A stretch of DNA of 64,000 nt from Tubiluchus corallicola (lineage: Eukaryota; Animalia; Priapulida): the NCBI GenBank assembly GCA_030141605.1, contig JAQGDQ010000039.1, positions 186,001 to 250,000 of the forward strand, read 5' to 3'. Positions 28,337-42,550 of this stretch are shown here, in pieces; position 1 is the stretch's first letter; each line of letters begins with the position of its first letter. The translations under genes and the position numbers were made by a program. Below the pieces are notes generated by a model. It saw nothing but the letters and a program-made list of their open reading frames with translations, was not told the origin of the DNA and did not search any database.

Positions 28337-28964
28337 GGTTTAATGCGATTATTAACTTACAGATTTTTTAACCGAAAAGTTTTTTAATAGATTCAGAAAC
28401 ACAATTCTAGAAAGAACGTAGATAAACCTGATCGAGCTTACCAATATTTTCAAATTTACTATAACGTGTGACAGATATACATTAATACAGTTTATATTTT
28501 TGTAAATATTTGGGAATCATATCTATTATAAATAGAACAGCTACAATTTCTCTTAAAGTTAAGATTTCCAAGTGATAAATTTATATTAATTAATTTATAT
28601 ATTATATTAGTTAATGAACGTGAGTGTCAAATTTTAACTACCCGTTTAGTTATTATTATTTGTTTCATTGGTCTAAAAATGTTCTTTTAAGATGTTGCCT
28701 ATTACTTGTTTTAATGTGTGTGTGCGTGCGTGCGTGCGTGTGCGTGTGCGTGTACGTGCGTGCAACAGTATTGAATATTAAGTAAGATTTGGTCGAGCAA
28801 AAATTCGATAAGAGTACAAAGTCAAATAACGAGTTTCGAAAATCTTGAAACTTTTGATCATTGCCTGAACTCACAGACTAATAATTAGAGTCATTTATCA
28901 GTCACTTCTGTATCAGATTTTGTTAACCAGGAAGTTGGCTGTCTTGCTTTCAGCTTTCAGCTTC

Positions 28965-28990
28965 CATCTTTCTTTCTCTTTCTCTCTCTC

Positions 28991-29048
<58 letters not shown>

Positions 29049-29130
29049 CTCTTCCCATCTATTTACCTCCATTTTATTTCCCTTTCTTTTCCAGCTGTTT
29101 CTTTCTTTCTTTCTTTCTCTCTTTTTCTTA
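28965..29130. repeat. (CT)n / pyrimidine-rich microsatellite
   Basis: Directly visible. Confidence 0.95.
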
Positions 29131-29588
29131 CCCGTCTGTCTGTCAGTCCGACCATTCGTGAGTCCGTCCATCCATCTATCCGTCTCTCTCCATTACCTCT
29201 CCCCCTCTATCCAGCACTCCTCGTTTTTATCGCTTTCATCAATATCCGTGAGTGCTTAACTGGAGTTAATGTATAAGCTGCAGCGTAATTCCTCGGATAT
29301 TGCCTGTTGAATATCTCCTCCCATTAACGGCGTGTTTTATTGCTGTACACTAAAAAGCGAGTCTGTAAAATCGTCGCTTCCCTTTCCCGTTTGTTGTATG
29401 GGAAGCCGTTGAGCACGTGATCTTTGATTGATTTTTAACAAGCTGGCAATCTGCTTTGACAGCTGATTCTGTTTGGTTTCGACTTTAGTTTTAACGAACA
29501 AACTCATTATTGTTAAAAACCAAACTTTGTTATGCAGGCCTGCGGGGATATTTAATTGCGATTTACATAACAATAAGTTTATTTTATG

Positions 29589-30192
29589 AATACAATACAA
29601 TACAAATTACACAATACAATACAATACAATACAATACAATACAATACAGTACAATACAATACAATACAATACAATACAATACAATACAATACAATACAAT
29701 ACAATACAATACAATACAATACAATACAATACAATACAATACAATACAATACAATACAATACAATACAATACAATACAATACAATACAATACAATACAAT
29801 ACAATACAATACAATACAATACAATACAATACAATACAATACAATACAATACAATACAATACAATACAATACAATACAATACAATACAATACAATACAAT
29901 ACAATACAATACAATACAATACAATACAATACAATACAATACAATACAATACAATACAATACAATACAATACAATACAATACAATACAATACAATACAAT
30001 ACAATACAATACAATACAATAAAATACAATACAATACAATACAATACAATACAATAAAATACAATACAATACAATACAATACAATACAATACAATACAAT
30101 ACAATACAATACAATACAATACAATACAATACAATACAATACAATACAATACAATACAATACAATACAATACAATACAATACAATACAATAA
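29589..30192. repeat. (AATAC)n pentanucleotide microsatellite, ~600 bp
   Basis: Directly visible; source of the YNTIQ and YCIVL ORFs. Confidence 0.99.
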
Positions 30193-30436
30193 CAATATAT
30201 ATCTGTATATAATCTCCGAAACAGGCTGCTATTCTAAAATTACACGTGTGTTGTTGTTCATATTGTGAATAGTCTTGCAATATATAAATCGAACATGTTC
30301 AATTGTGGAATGACCTCTTATCGTCAAATTTTTAATTTATAAAATTTATGTAATAATTTTATGTCAGTTTTAACTTAATTTTATCTATAATTATGTAAAT
30401 ACTCGTGTAAGCTATAGAGCAATTTGCCTAAACTAA

Positions 30437-30661
<225 letters not shown>

Positions 30662-31683
30662 GTTGCATAAAATGTCTGTTGTTTCATGTTTAACATCGTA
30701 ATAAAATTAAATACTTTACATTATATTGAAAATGAGCAATTTGCATTTCAATCCAATTGAGTAGTTTAGAGGACACATAAAGTGGACTTTTTTAGTCTTG
30801 AATGGAAAACTTAAATAAACGTAATTGATTAAACTCATGGCCAACAATTGATATATAAATTCACCACGAAAATTGGCCATGAAAATGCACAAATTTCAAT
30901 AACAAGTTTATACAACGCTTACTAAATTAGATATTTTAAATTCAACCGCATTTTTTTCTAATTAATCTGTGATTAAATTTTGATACCGTGACAATATATA
31001 TTTTAAAATGTCTATTGTATTTGGCTTCGTTTCGCAAGCTCCTAATAAGTCTCATTTACTGAAAGTCAGAGACGGTCGTTGGGCTTCTTGCTGATTGGGA
31101 GGAAGCTTTCTGATTTACACACCGCTGTTTTGGAAATAAATCTGTATTAACCATGACTTCCATTAACTCTATCATGCTCAATAAGATATCGACTGTTTAG
31201 CTATAGTTTTACGCTCGTTCTTACAAACTTTAACATTATACATAAGTAAACATCATGCAGAGTGAAACTGAAAGTAACTTTTTCCCGTATTATTAAAAGA
31301 GCATATTCTGTCTAAGGTTATGGGCACTGGGTTATAGAAAGAAGTGGCAACAAATTCCGTCCTTAAACTGGCCTGTCCTGAAACTAACCAGGGAAATTGC
31401 TGTTCTTGAGTAGACGTGTATTGTCTGAGCTCTAAAGTGAAAATGTTCAACAGCCTTGAAAAGTCAAATGAGTCAGTGAGAGACGGCCACCCAGCAGAAT
31501 GCAACAACATAATCGCAAATAATAACATCAGCTGAGGTTACTATAGACTAGTGCGCTATACACAAGAAGGTTTTTATTTAGTCTGATCAAATGTCTGTTC
31601 ATAACCGTCTAGACTTCGCACAGTTAAAGAGTAATGTAGAGGCAAGTTTCCACGTTTATTAGGTTTAGTTTATCATAAAAAAC

Positions 31684-31889
31684 GTAATGCCCTTTACAGT
31701 CTCAATGATTATATATTATTTCAGAAGCTTTCACCCTAGCGGGCATCATCATGCTGATAACCTGAGAGTCTCCCGAGTACTGTTCTAAATACTATCTGGT
31801 TAGCAGCACAATCTATTCAACTGATGATGCCCGCTAGGGTGAAAGCTTTTGAAATAATATATAATCATTGAAACTATAAAGGGTATTAC
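31684..31889. mobile_element. Palindromic Penelope-like (pLTR-derived) element carrying a hammerhead motif, copy 1
   Basis: ~68-bp near-perfect inverted arms (31684-31751 / 31822-31889); same family as 53743-53981. Confidence 0.75.
31816..31853 (+). ncRNA. Minimal type-I hammerhead ribozyme motif
   Basis: UUCAA-CUGAUGA-U-GCCC(GCUA)GGGU-GAAA-GC-UU-UUGAA: stem I, conserved core, stem II and a palindromic AGCU stem III. Confidence 0.7.
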
Positions 31890-32769
31890 TACTACAAAGA
31901 TAACAAATCTCTGGAGAGCTCATTTAAGTTCAGTTTCATTATGCATTTGCACCCCTGCTTATCACGCATTTTCGACAGGTTAGGCTACTGTGGCCTATAT
32001 TGGCAAAACTTCACGCCACTAGGAGCGATCCCGTACCACAGGTATACAACTTCACATAGTGCAACACCCGGATAATATGTCAGCATTGTACAGAAGCTAA
32101 TCATGCTTATATTCTCAACAACTTCAAAATTTTGGACTCGTCAAATTCAGCCTTTGACCTATTAATTTATGAAATTCTATTAATTAAGAAAACTACAGCC
32201 GCATTGACTGACTAGGAATCGTCCCTACCCTTTTCTAAAGACAATTTTTCTAAATTGGTCTCGGCAAATTTCTAAAATCATAATACAATCATAATCAAAG
32301 ATTTCTGCTATTTCATTGTCTAGCAGAAGTGAATTAAAATGATGTTTACTTAATTAAAATTTTCTCCCCTGTTTTCAGTTATTTTTTTTTCCTTGCCAAC
32401 TCTTATGCACTAGCTAACACTACTATGGCGAATACTTATTTCATTCGCAATTTCACAATTGCTATAAATTTCATCCATTTTTAAATTTTATTATTGTTCT
32501 GTATTTTTACTGTATCTTCATTCTTGCAGAGCTTTCTCAATTTATTTTCTTATTTTGCGCTAGTTTGGCTTTTTAGATACGTTTCAGAAACGATCGGTAT
32601 TCTAAATATCGGTTAATGTGTCTACTGGTATTCGTTTTTTACTTTTATTTGATTGGATCAACCGCTTTTAAAAACCTGCAAAGCCTTGGCGGCGAGGCAC
32701 CGAAACGTAGTTCAATATTTCTAATCAATAATAATAAACACTAAAGAGTAATACGTAATTCACACAGTA

Positions 32770-33200
32770 CATACAGTATTTAGAAAAATATAAATACATA
32801 CATATACAAGCAATTATACAAGCAATAAAATATATATATTACGTTAGCAACAATACTGTAAGACAAATTAAATACAATAATTTAAACTAAAGACAAAAAC
32901 ATCAAACTTTCATGTACAGACCCAATGGTACAACACATACATATACTCAAGGAAGTTCATACACACGCATACACATATGGTATTTAAACATGAAAATAAT
33001 TGACGTGTCTGGGAAAAGGAAGACTTAGTGGATCAAACCCATTTATTCAAATACTGGATATATAGAACTAATTTCTGTAAAAAGGGTGTTTCTTAGCTGT
33101 TCATATCTGCTACAGTATTGACGCGTGTGCATTTCGCTTTCTATTTCTTGTTTGTTCGTCGCATTCTGTACAATATCTTTGATTCGCTGGAATTTTATTA
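32770..33200 (-). mobile_element. LINE 3' fragment (ORF2 C-terminal zinc-knuckle region and 3'UTR)
   Basis: EIESEMHTRQYCSRYEQLRNTLF resembles the ExExH...CxxYxxLR motif of non-LTR ORF2 C-termini. Confidence 0.55.
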
Positions 33201-33869
33201 GGTTTATGGCTAATAAACTATCAGAACACAGGAATAAACATCTGTAACTATTACGCATAATCACAACAGAAGATCATCTTCTCATATCCTTCAAGTGCAA
33301 TAAATCGCTCTTCTGTGCTCGTCATCGTTCTGTGAACGAAGTTGGTAACTTTTGCAGGCACAGAACGACTGATTTCAAAGTCAACGTTAAAGGAAAGTTA
33401 TTATAAGAATGATTTATAACTGCCTGCCAAATATTATTCACATTTTCGGTTCGTTAATACATCTTGTAACAGTGTCTCAGTAGAGATAAGAGTAATATCA
33501 CACAGGACATCATTGCAGCATCAAGGACAAAATGTCATAACGAAATTTTGAATCATATTTGCACCGACTTGAAAAGATGAGAAAATGATAGTGACAGTGA
33601 AGTTGCTAGATGTTTTTTCCGCGTTGCAATAAGGATGAGCGCTATTTCTATTGACATTGCAATAACGATACTCTTAATTCCTTTTAGGAAATAACGATAC
33701 GCTTAATTCCTATTAGTAATGATAAATGAACACTAATCGTTGTTTGATATCAAAACATGAAAATAATTGATGTGTCTGGGAAAAGGAAGACTAAGTGGAT
33801 CAAGCCCATTTATTGTTTGGTAGGATCTTGTAGTGAGGATTTGACCGAATTTCAATCTGAACAACTGTG

Positions 33870-34310
33870 TGGAGAAAAAGGAGAAATAAATAGTAAAAAA
33901 AGGAAAAAGAAAGAAAAGTGAAAAAGAAAAAAGAAAAGAAATAAGGAAGGAAAAAGCAAGGTTGAAAGAAAGAACGAAAAAAGGATAGAAGCAAGAAGGA
34001 AAAAAGAACAGTAACAGTAAAAAGAGAAGGCAAGAATGAAAGAAACAAAAAAAGGAAAGAAAGAAGGAAAAAAGTAAGAAAGGAGCAAAGAAAGAAGAAA
34101 AATAAAAAGATTGAAGAAAGAAAGAAAGAAAAATTAATGAAATAGACGAATGAAATATGTGTGAACAATCAACGAAAAGAAGCAAAGGAGGAAGTAAAGG
34201 CAGAAGGAGAAAATAAAAGAAAGAAAGAAAAATAAGAAAAGAAAAAAGAAGAAGAGAAAGAAAGAAAGAACGAAAGTATCAATGAAACAGACAGATGAAA
34301 CATGTGTCAT
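33870..34310. repeat. Purine-rich (A/G) low-complexity tract
   Basis: Directly visible. Confidence 0.9.
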
Positions 34311-34324
34311 TGAACAATCATTTA

Positions 34325-34455
34325 AAATACTAATCAGAGCAAACAAACAAACAAATACTAATCAGAGCAAACAAACAAACAAATACTAATCAGAGCAAAC
34401 AAACAAACAAATACTAATCAGAGCAAACAAACAAACAAATACTAATCAGAGCAAA
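34325..34455. repeat. 28-bp minisatellite (aaatactaatcagagcaaacaaacaaac), ~4.7 copies
   Basis: Directly visible, perfect copies. Confidence 0.95.
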
Positions 34456-37427
34456 AATTTAAGCAAACCCATAAATGGTTGTTTATTTTATCTCAGACAA
34501 TAACCACTCGTTACTTGTAAAAATCTGCTGTAGAAATTTATGCAACACATTTCATCAGCATCCGCTTTCATTAGATGAGTTGCTGGTGCCGGGAGGAAAG
34601 AGTTAACGGAATCGGCAGTTTTTGTTCAAACAGTTAATTTATTGCATTTATAAGCGCTACTCTAACAAATTGCATCCGCTATTTCGGATGAAATCCTGAC
34701 GCTGTTTTAAATCAAAATATACGCAAAATCGATGCAACACTGCGCTAGATTAACAAGAATGGCAAAAGCGTGGGTTTCATTTATACCAAGTATGTGAAAA
34801 CGGAGGTACTTTAAAGGCCTATATAACCCCAGCAGACATTGAAGTTTTTTTAACGCACTATTATGATTACACAAAGAATTCATAGTTATCATTAAACAAA
34901 AGAAGTTTATAAATTAAATAACTTACCATTTTCTGACGAATTTCGAATGCGTGCATTACCGTAAAGATCGCCATGTTTCGCATCTTTGGCGCGAGTGTGC
35001 GAGAATGACGTACGTGGTACAGAAAGCGTCTTTGGTTACCGAAGTTTGTTTTGCGATCTTTGGTGATCTCGTGACTGTACTCAGCGTCATTCGTCTCGCG
35101 CAAACAAAATAGCGGTTATTCAAATTTAATACTGCTAACAGATAAAAAATCAAAAGAAACAAGTTTTACAGTAAGTTCATAATAAAATAAATTGAATGGT
35201 CAAAATGAGAGTAGGATTTCAAGTTATAAAAGCATATTATAGAGAGGATTTAGTTTGACTTTAATAAATCAAACTATCTTTATCTTTTAAGATGTTTTTG
35301 TAGTTGGAAGATTATTTTCCAATGAATAAAAAGAACTAATATTCGTATTTGTCTAAACAGAAAGCTATGTACATGTATTACAATAGATATTATTCTATAT
35401 AATTTGCACTATAGGCTATAAACTTTGTTCTTACATAGCTCTGTCAGGATGCTGTATTAGATTTTGACTAAATCATGCTTGTTTACATCTACAACTGTGA
35501 TTGACTGTTTTGGTGTAAATTTGTTCCATATACCCCTTTGTTATGTTTATGTCTTTTTATAATTTTTAATTTTTGTACTATCCTTGCAAGAACACTGTTG
35601 AACAGCCTCTGCTGACACTTGTTTCAAGAATCGAAACAGTTTGCATATTAGACAATTTTAAATTTTAGTATCGCTATAGTTGTAAATACACTAAAGTTCG
35701 TTACAGCTGTGACCACAAGCTGACTGTAAATTTCCAGCAACACTAACTTTTCCAAAATTCTAAACAGTTAACTGTAAATTCTCAAAATATTAACAAAAAT
35801 AACTCGATTTTTTTTTAAAATATGGAATAGCTAATTTTAAATTATGCAAATTTTTGCAGCAGGAACTCCAAAGTTTTCTTAAAATTTCAAAAATTTCAGC
35901 AAAATGTTGCTAGAAATGTTGACTCTAAATTTTCTTAGATTTAACAAAGTTGGATCTGCTAAACATATGAGTGAAAAAAAGATAGCATAAGAAAACTTTA
36001 TTCCCATCCCACCGGTAAAACATGTTGCCTTCAAGAGGATTTCTTCACTTATCTGGACATCTCTGCAACCGGAAACAGCGATAATTCATTTCCTGACTAT
36101 ATTGCACAATATTGGCTAAATGCCTAAATTAGTTGGGCGTACATAATCCGACCACAATTCGGCGCCCTAATTCAATCTGTCGCCGCTCAGTCGATTTTCA
36201 GCAACATGTTAACAACGCAGCTGACTTGCAACCACGTGACTCGCAATGGCTTCATCTCATCAACATGCAACTGATAAAACAATTCTTGTGGTTTGTATTG
36301 ATTTAAACTTGTCAGCTAAGCACTTCACTGTTTCCCGAACAGGATTAGGAAACATACGAGATGGCGTTGCCGGGAAATTTCCCCATTTATAATGTTTTTC
36401 TGATTTACTAAATTTAACTCTCACCGGACCAAACAATGATTCAAGTTACGATGCAAATATCTAGCGAAGCAAAGTGTTATTAATATAAAGATGTCGACGC
36501 TAATGTTCGTTTTAGGGACTAATTTACCTTGTTAAAAACAAAGGTTTTTGTTTCGAGTGTCTTTTCATTATCAGCACGACAATAAGACTGGTAATTAGTG
36601 CCAAACACTTGGAGGACTTATTCGCGCTATTTTTAGTGAAAAACATGTATCATTTTTAAATGGATTTTCTCGAAATATGGTTGGATAAAAAACCTGTCTT
36701 AATTTTCCTGATTCCGCTTTCTTAAATTACGACACATTCTTTAAAAAAACGACGAAAGCTATGCGTGCTTTCTAGAAGCGTCATAAGCGTTTGAAAATAC
36801 ATGTGCTTTCTAGAAATGGCACTAACTTTGTGTTTCTACTTTGAGCATGTGTTTATTCGCTAAGAATTTTGGCGCCAAATCGTCTGTATACGTACCGCTA
36901 TATCGTAAGTCGGTAACAGGGTACGATATGCAATTTTTAATCAGTCGAGTTTAAATCAAAACAGGTAAAACCGTTCTTAACGACACAATGACGTAAAACT
37001 ATTTGGACTCACATGGTAAACCAATTATTAAAACCACATGTAGTTTTTATCCAGTTAAATTGCGAAAAAACCACGCGTATATTATGAATAAAAGGATACA
37101 TCACTTGAACGCGCACGTACTTTTTCAAAACCACGTGTCTCTCAAATAAATTGCGATACAAACGACACGTCTTTTCACAAGCGACGTGTGTAGTTTCCAG
37201 AAAAAACATTATTTCGAATGCACGCGTGCTATTTTGTCCAATCAGTTCCCAGAAAAATGACGTATTTGATTTATGAAAGCATGTGTATAGTTATTAAACC
37301 ATGCGTGAATAGCATGTATGTATTTGTCACTAATGTCACTTTGTCACTAGTGTGGCTCATGGACACCTATAATTCAAAGTACACCCAAATTCATTTATTA
37401 GCTTGATGACTTGCCACCGTCATAACC

Positions 37428-37646
37428 AAAAAGAAAATAAAGTGCCCTTTAAATCTCAAAAAAGAAATTTTCAAAATTTAAAGGGCACTTTATGTTCTTT
37501 TTTATTATCAAATTTTTGAGATTTAAAGGGCAATTTATCTTCTTTTTGATTATCTAATTTTTGAGATTCAAAGGACACTTTATTTTCTTTTTTGATTATC
37601 AAATTTTTGAGATTTAAAGGGTACATTTTCTTCTTTTTTATTATCA
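37428..37646. repeat. ~45-bp tandem repeat (4 copies) preceded by one inverted partial copy
   Basis: atttaaagggcacttta...ttatcaaatttttgag units at ~37477, 37521, 37566 and 37612; inverted copy aaagtgccctttaaatctcaaaaa at ~37439. Confidence 0.85.
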
Positions 37647-38374
37647 CATCCAAATTCTGCTGAACCTCCTAGCACTGTCTGTCATTCACTGTGGGTGCAA
37701 TAACAAAAAAATATTAACTGAATGTTGCTAATGGTAGAGCAGAATAACAATTATTATTTAATTTTAGAAACCAAAAATGGTCGAGGAAAGGCAAGCTTGT
37801 ACCGAGTCAGTTTCAATCAGGGACATTTGCAAATTTTTTGAAGTTTGCGAATTTAAGTTCTAAACAGCGATCACTTTACTCATTACTCAATCAGAGTAAC
37901 TTTTGTGCGCCGAAACAAACTAAACGTTAAAATTAGTTGCTTGTGCATAAATTTAATAAGATTGAGATTAAATTTGTTTTAACTTTTACATAGTTTAGCA
38001 TTCTGCAAGCCGTGATCAAGAATTCAGTTTAAGGTCCTTCTCAATGCAGGTAGTGGGACCGGGTCCTATCTTATTATGAGGCACCTAACCAAACACTAGC
38101 AGCAGTAGGTATGACGACTAGCCAATGATGACAGCCCTATACTTACTGAACTAGAAACAACCCGCGTATGCGTGTGACTTTTTACCAAATTAATTTTGAA
38201 TAAACAGTCGTTCTTGTCTACTTGGTACTAAGTTTAACATTCGTCTATCACCTTATAATAGATTTTATTTCACCGTAGATATACTAGAAAAACAATATGC
38301 TTTTAATTGATCAGCAATAAGAAAAATTGCATAAATTGAAATGCTTAAGTTACAAAGCTAAGTTAATTACTTAC

Positions 38375-38489
38375 CTAAAGCAGCTAACTGAATAGTTCCC
38401 AAACATCTAGGTAGGTCACTAATGTGGAGTGAATGTTCATTCAGAGTCTTCTTCCTGGTTACAGCGTGACACAGTTGTTGAAAAGCCAT
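38375..38489 (-). CDS. CAT-family transporter coding exon 1 (MAFQQLCHAVTRKKTLNEHSLHISDLPRCLGTIQLAAL-G)
   Basis: ATG at 38489; 115 nt; donor G|gtaagt; typical CAT N-terminus (RxK...LxRCL). Phase 1 matches the next exon. An acceptor aaag| 8 nt upstream of the ATG (exon starts 38497) implies an upstream UTR exon. Confidence 0.92.
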
Positions 38490-40059
38490 TTGCGTACCTT
38501 TGTATAAAAGCATTAATAAGTGTCAATTTACTTATTTATGTATTTATTCAGTATAATACAGTTAAAAACGTAAAATCCACCGAGGCTACAAATGTTCAGA
38601 TTAAACTCTACAAACTTAAATATTGAACAGAAGAGGGTGAGTAATTCTCCTCATATCCCTTCCACCTCCTAGCATACAAAAATGTACAGTATACAATTAA
38701 AATACAACATATACGTATTTTGCAACAATCTGAAATCGGAATAAACAATGCAACACTAACATAGCGAAATAGCGGAAAAAACGAAACGGACACTTAAATT
38801 ATGTATAGCTTATTTCAATACCGTTTTCAAGAGTTAACAGAAATGGGTTGGTCATAAGAACAAGCTGGGTGCTGCACTTGGTGAAGCTTGGCTTCGCCCA
38901 CTACTTTAATAATGCTGAGAGGTAAATAAAAAACAGAAACTAAATTTTCTGGTGTAACCAACTGCTCTGTTAACAGACATGTTTTAAAGGTTTTGTTAAT
39001 TTACGTATCATGCATAGCAAAAAACATTAAAATTTGACGTGTCCAGTGATTTTTACGTATATATATATATATATATATATATATACGTAAAAATACGATT
39101 AAATACGGTGTCTCATAAGTCACTATACACTTTACATTTCGTATATTTTTTAACAAACAAAGGAAAACGTTTGAAAATTGGCACAGACGAACTAAAACCT
39201 TGGACAAGATAAACGGAAATCTGAAAAAACTACTGCACAAGCAGGCTTTACTGTTTCGCTACCTCCTTCATGGAGCTCAAGAGCTTTCGAGACTCAGACC
39301 TATGGCAAGTCGGGCATCTTGCACTTCTCACAGGTCATGAGTAATGAGGAAGGCTGCACCTTGTTGAAAAACTACATTATTAATAGTGAAAAAATTATGT
39401 GATTCAAACGGTGCTCTACATTTCAACAGAACTAGCTGATTTTGCACCTTATTTCTAATGTCTAATGTTACCGTCGTCACTACAGAAACCGAGTTCCAGT
39501 CAAAGAATTGCCAAAAAGGCCACATTTGATTCATGTAAGAGCATGCTGAGATTAGAGAAAAATTTAAAAAGAAATTTAGAAAATAAAATGCATGTGACTT
39601 ATGAAACAACTTGTGTATGTGTTGTGTTAATATGAGCGTGCCGTGCATAACATAATGACATCTACTGAGAAAATGGAGAAGCACCATAAACTAGCGCTTC
39701 TTTAGCATTAATACTAGTTGTACCTGTTGGTAATTTATAAAGAAAGTAACGCAATGAACTTTTAAAAATATAATTGCTCTTTCTAGCAAAATGTTAAACT
39801 ATTTAAGCAATAAGAACCTTAACGCTAAGCACAAAATAATCCTATCAAAGATTTCCTCTTTGACTGCTAATAAGAGAATCGTGCCGTGTATTAAGTTAAT
39901 GCATTTAGTTCAGCATCTAGTAAGTGTAGGATAGTGAGCTTAATGATGCAGTCTCTGCAGTTTACATGGACGATAATTGATGCTCATTATGGCAGCCAAA
40001 ATATGAACAATTATGCACTTTCCCAATACTACGTCATTGTCAGGCGTTAGTAAATGTTT

Positions 40060-40405
40060 TTGTTATGATAATGCTTATTTTCGCCGCACAATTGCTGTTG
40101 TTACATTGTGACATTGTTGTTGTTATATTGTTGCATTATTGTTGTTATATTGTCGCATTACTGCTGTTGTTATATTATCGCATTATTGTTGTTGTTATTA
40201 CTTTTATTGTAATAGTTGCTATTAAGACTGTAGTTGCACGTGAACGCTTCACGGTCGTCATCCTTGTCTTCGTCGCTGTCGTCGTCGTCATTGTCGTCAT
40301 CACCACGATAACCCCACCTGTGAAAGTGATCGTTATCAGATCGTCGATACCGTCATTCTCGCTCTTGTCAATACTCTCGTTGGTAGCATTGCTATTGCTA
40401 TTGCT

Positions 40406-40443
<38 letters not shown>

Positions 40444-40600
40444 TGTTAACATTCTCATTGTCTTCATTGTCATCGTTGTCATCATCATGATCGCCGTTGC
40501 TAATATTGTCGTTGTTGTAGTCATCATCATCAATATCAACATTATTAACATTCAAATCATTATCATGGCCATCATCATCATCACCATCACCGAAAGATGA
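40060..40600. repeat. Degenerate trinucleotide (TTG/TCG/TCA) low-complexity region
   Basis: Directly visible; similar tracts at 1380-1620 and 2865-3120. Confidence 0.85.
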
Positions 40601-41679
40601 TTATCTTTTATTGTCAGTTCATCCTCGTACATCCACTCTAGTATCCGTTTTTTTCTTTTTTTAATACGTTCTTACTTCCTTTTCTTCTTTTAATTAAAAT
40701 TGACAAAAATATGTTGATCATTAAAAACTTCACAGCCAAGTTGCGATTTTGCATTTATACACGCGAATTTGCCATTTCCCGACTAATGTTATATACGAGC
40801 GTTTGTGACACGTCGTTGCGGATGTAATAAGTTTCCTGGGTAATAAACCAAATACGAGAAATAAATAATTCAATATGTGCTCAATTTATTTCCAACAATA
40901 TCATATTTCGCCATCGTAAAGTACGACTGCTGACAAAGCAAACAGTCTCTTTCAGCTGACTGATTTGTTTTCCTCTGTCAATGTTTACTTTTTTCGATTT
41001 CTGTTGGTTTAGTACATGAACAGGGCAAACGAGAAGGCAAACTGGCGGCAGCCATTTTGTGTGAAATCGGGGGATGACTTTAAGAATTGAGTCAACAGTC
41101 AACTAATACTAGAACAAGCAGCTTTTTGCGAAGTTTTCATGAAAAGAGATTTGATGAAAGAAGTTTGTTTGTGCGAACGTATCGGGAAAGAAGCTTTTTG
41201 GTTGAGGGATCGACCCAAATCGCTGCTCACCTGTATGTTGTTCTGCTCTTCTTCTTGGTGAAAACATTTTTGAAAATGACTTAAATATTAAGACTCAATT
41301 AATTTGTTATGGGTCGACATGAAACTTCACACAAATATACTAGAATGAATACTGCATCGACTTAGAGAGTCCCATTTTCTATCTGCCATTTTGCATTCAA
41401 GATGACGGCGAAAACGTTATTTTCGAAAAAACCTAAGGGTCTGCCAAATCGAAAACCATAAAACTTAAAAAAATATAATAGAAGGAATTGTGCATTGACT
41501 GACAGAGGAATAGGATTTTCGATTTGCCATCTTAAATTCGCGATGTCGACACTGAACATCATTTCTAATTCACGATCTTGGGTTCAACGACTCCCTCGAC
41601 TAATAGTTCCAGTCGAATTTGTAAACCCTAAAGATACTTATGAAAATCCCACAGTTAAATATAAAACGTACTACGTTTA

Positions 41680-41777
41680 ACAAGGTGCCATTATTAAAGT
41701 CTTTGGTATGACCCGGCCGCTGTATCGAACTAACGACCTCCCAAACGGAAAGCTACCACTCGATTAAACCGTCTGGT
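41680..41777. mobile_element. SINE-like dispersed repeat (tttggtatgac.cgg...gaac motif)
   Basis: The same motif occurs at 13575-13635 and contains a reversed B-box-like sequence. Confidence 0.5.
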
Positions 41778-42184
41778 CTTATCATAATTATCAATCATTT
41801 AGTAAAAGAAAACCCATGATTAAGTCAGCAACCAGTAAATGTTACATAAGACACCTAAAATAACTAACTTGAAAACTTCTGGAACATCGAATGGTAATTA
41901 TTTTATCGATTTTATCTTGAAAGCAACTAACTAACCGTTATTAAATATTTTTGTAACATAAACGACTCAAGATTCGATATATTTGGGCAATTTGTGTTAT
42001 AATAAACAACTTTCCAATACAAACGACCTAGTTTATGGGCAGCTCGTAAATAATAAATTGGTTAATTGTATGACTTCATTATGTTTCATTATGTTTAATC
42101 TATAGGTTGTAAACTTACTACCTACAGGCTATAAGTAATTTCTCAGAAATCCCCATGAGCCTAAGATACAAACAAACAAGAGAC

Positions 42185-42267
42185 AACGTATGTTCTCTGA
42201 TTTGCAAACAAATTCATTTTCCAAACTGAACAAAATGAATTTATGTGCAAACCAGAGAACATACGTT
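42185..42267. repeat. ~83-bp hairpin / short fold-back
   Basis: aacgtatgttctctg...aaattcatttt / aaaatgaattt...cagagaacatacgtt. Confidence 0.85.
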
Positions 42268-42550
42268 ACAGAAAAAACCTCACATCTCGTAAATCAGTGC
42301 TAGCAAAAAATTTCTTTCTTGTACATGTTTTTATTCAGCTCTTAACTACTAAGCATTTTTTGCCATAAAATTGAAATTTGTTTCGTAATTTTCAAACGTT
42401 TTCCACAAATAAAGTTTAAAAAAGTCGTTATATTGTCTTATTAAAAGTAAGAACAGCGTTTAACACAGATTTTTATTAAAAGCCTATATCATGAAAACTA
42501 TAAACTCACAAGCGTTTTTATTAATAAAAACTATAATTTAAATCACGGCT

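Noticed and set aside
34927-35140. CpG-rich segment ending ATG|gtaagt as an alternative CAT first exon
   Set aside because: The ATG is out of phase with exon 2, the in-phase frame has no start codon, and a better exon 1 exists at 38489
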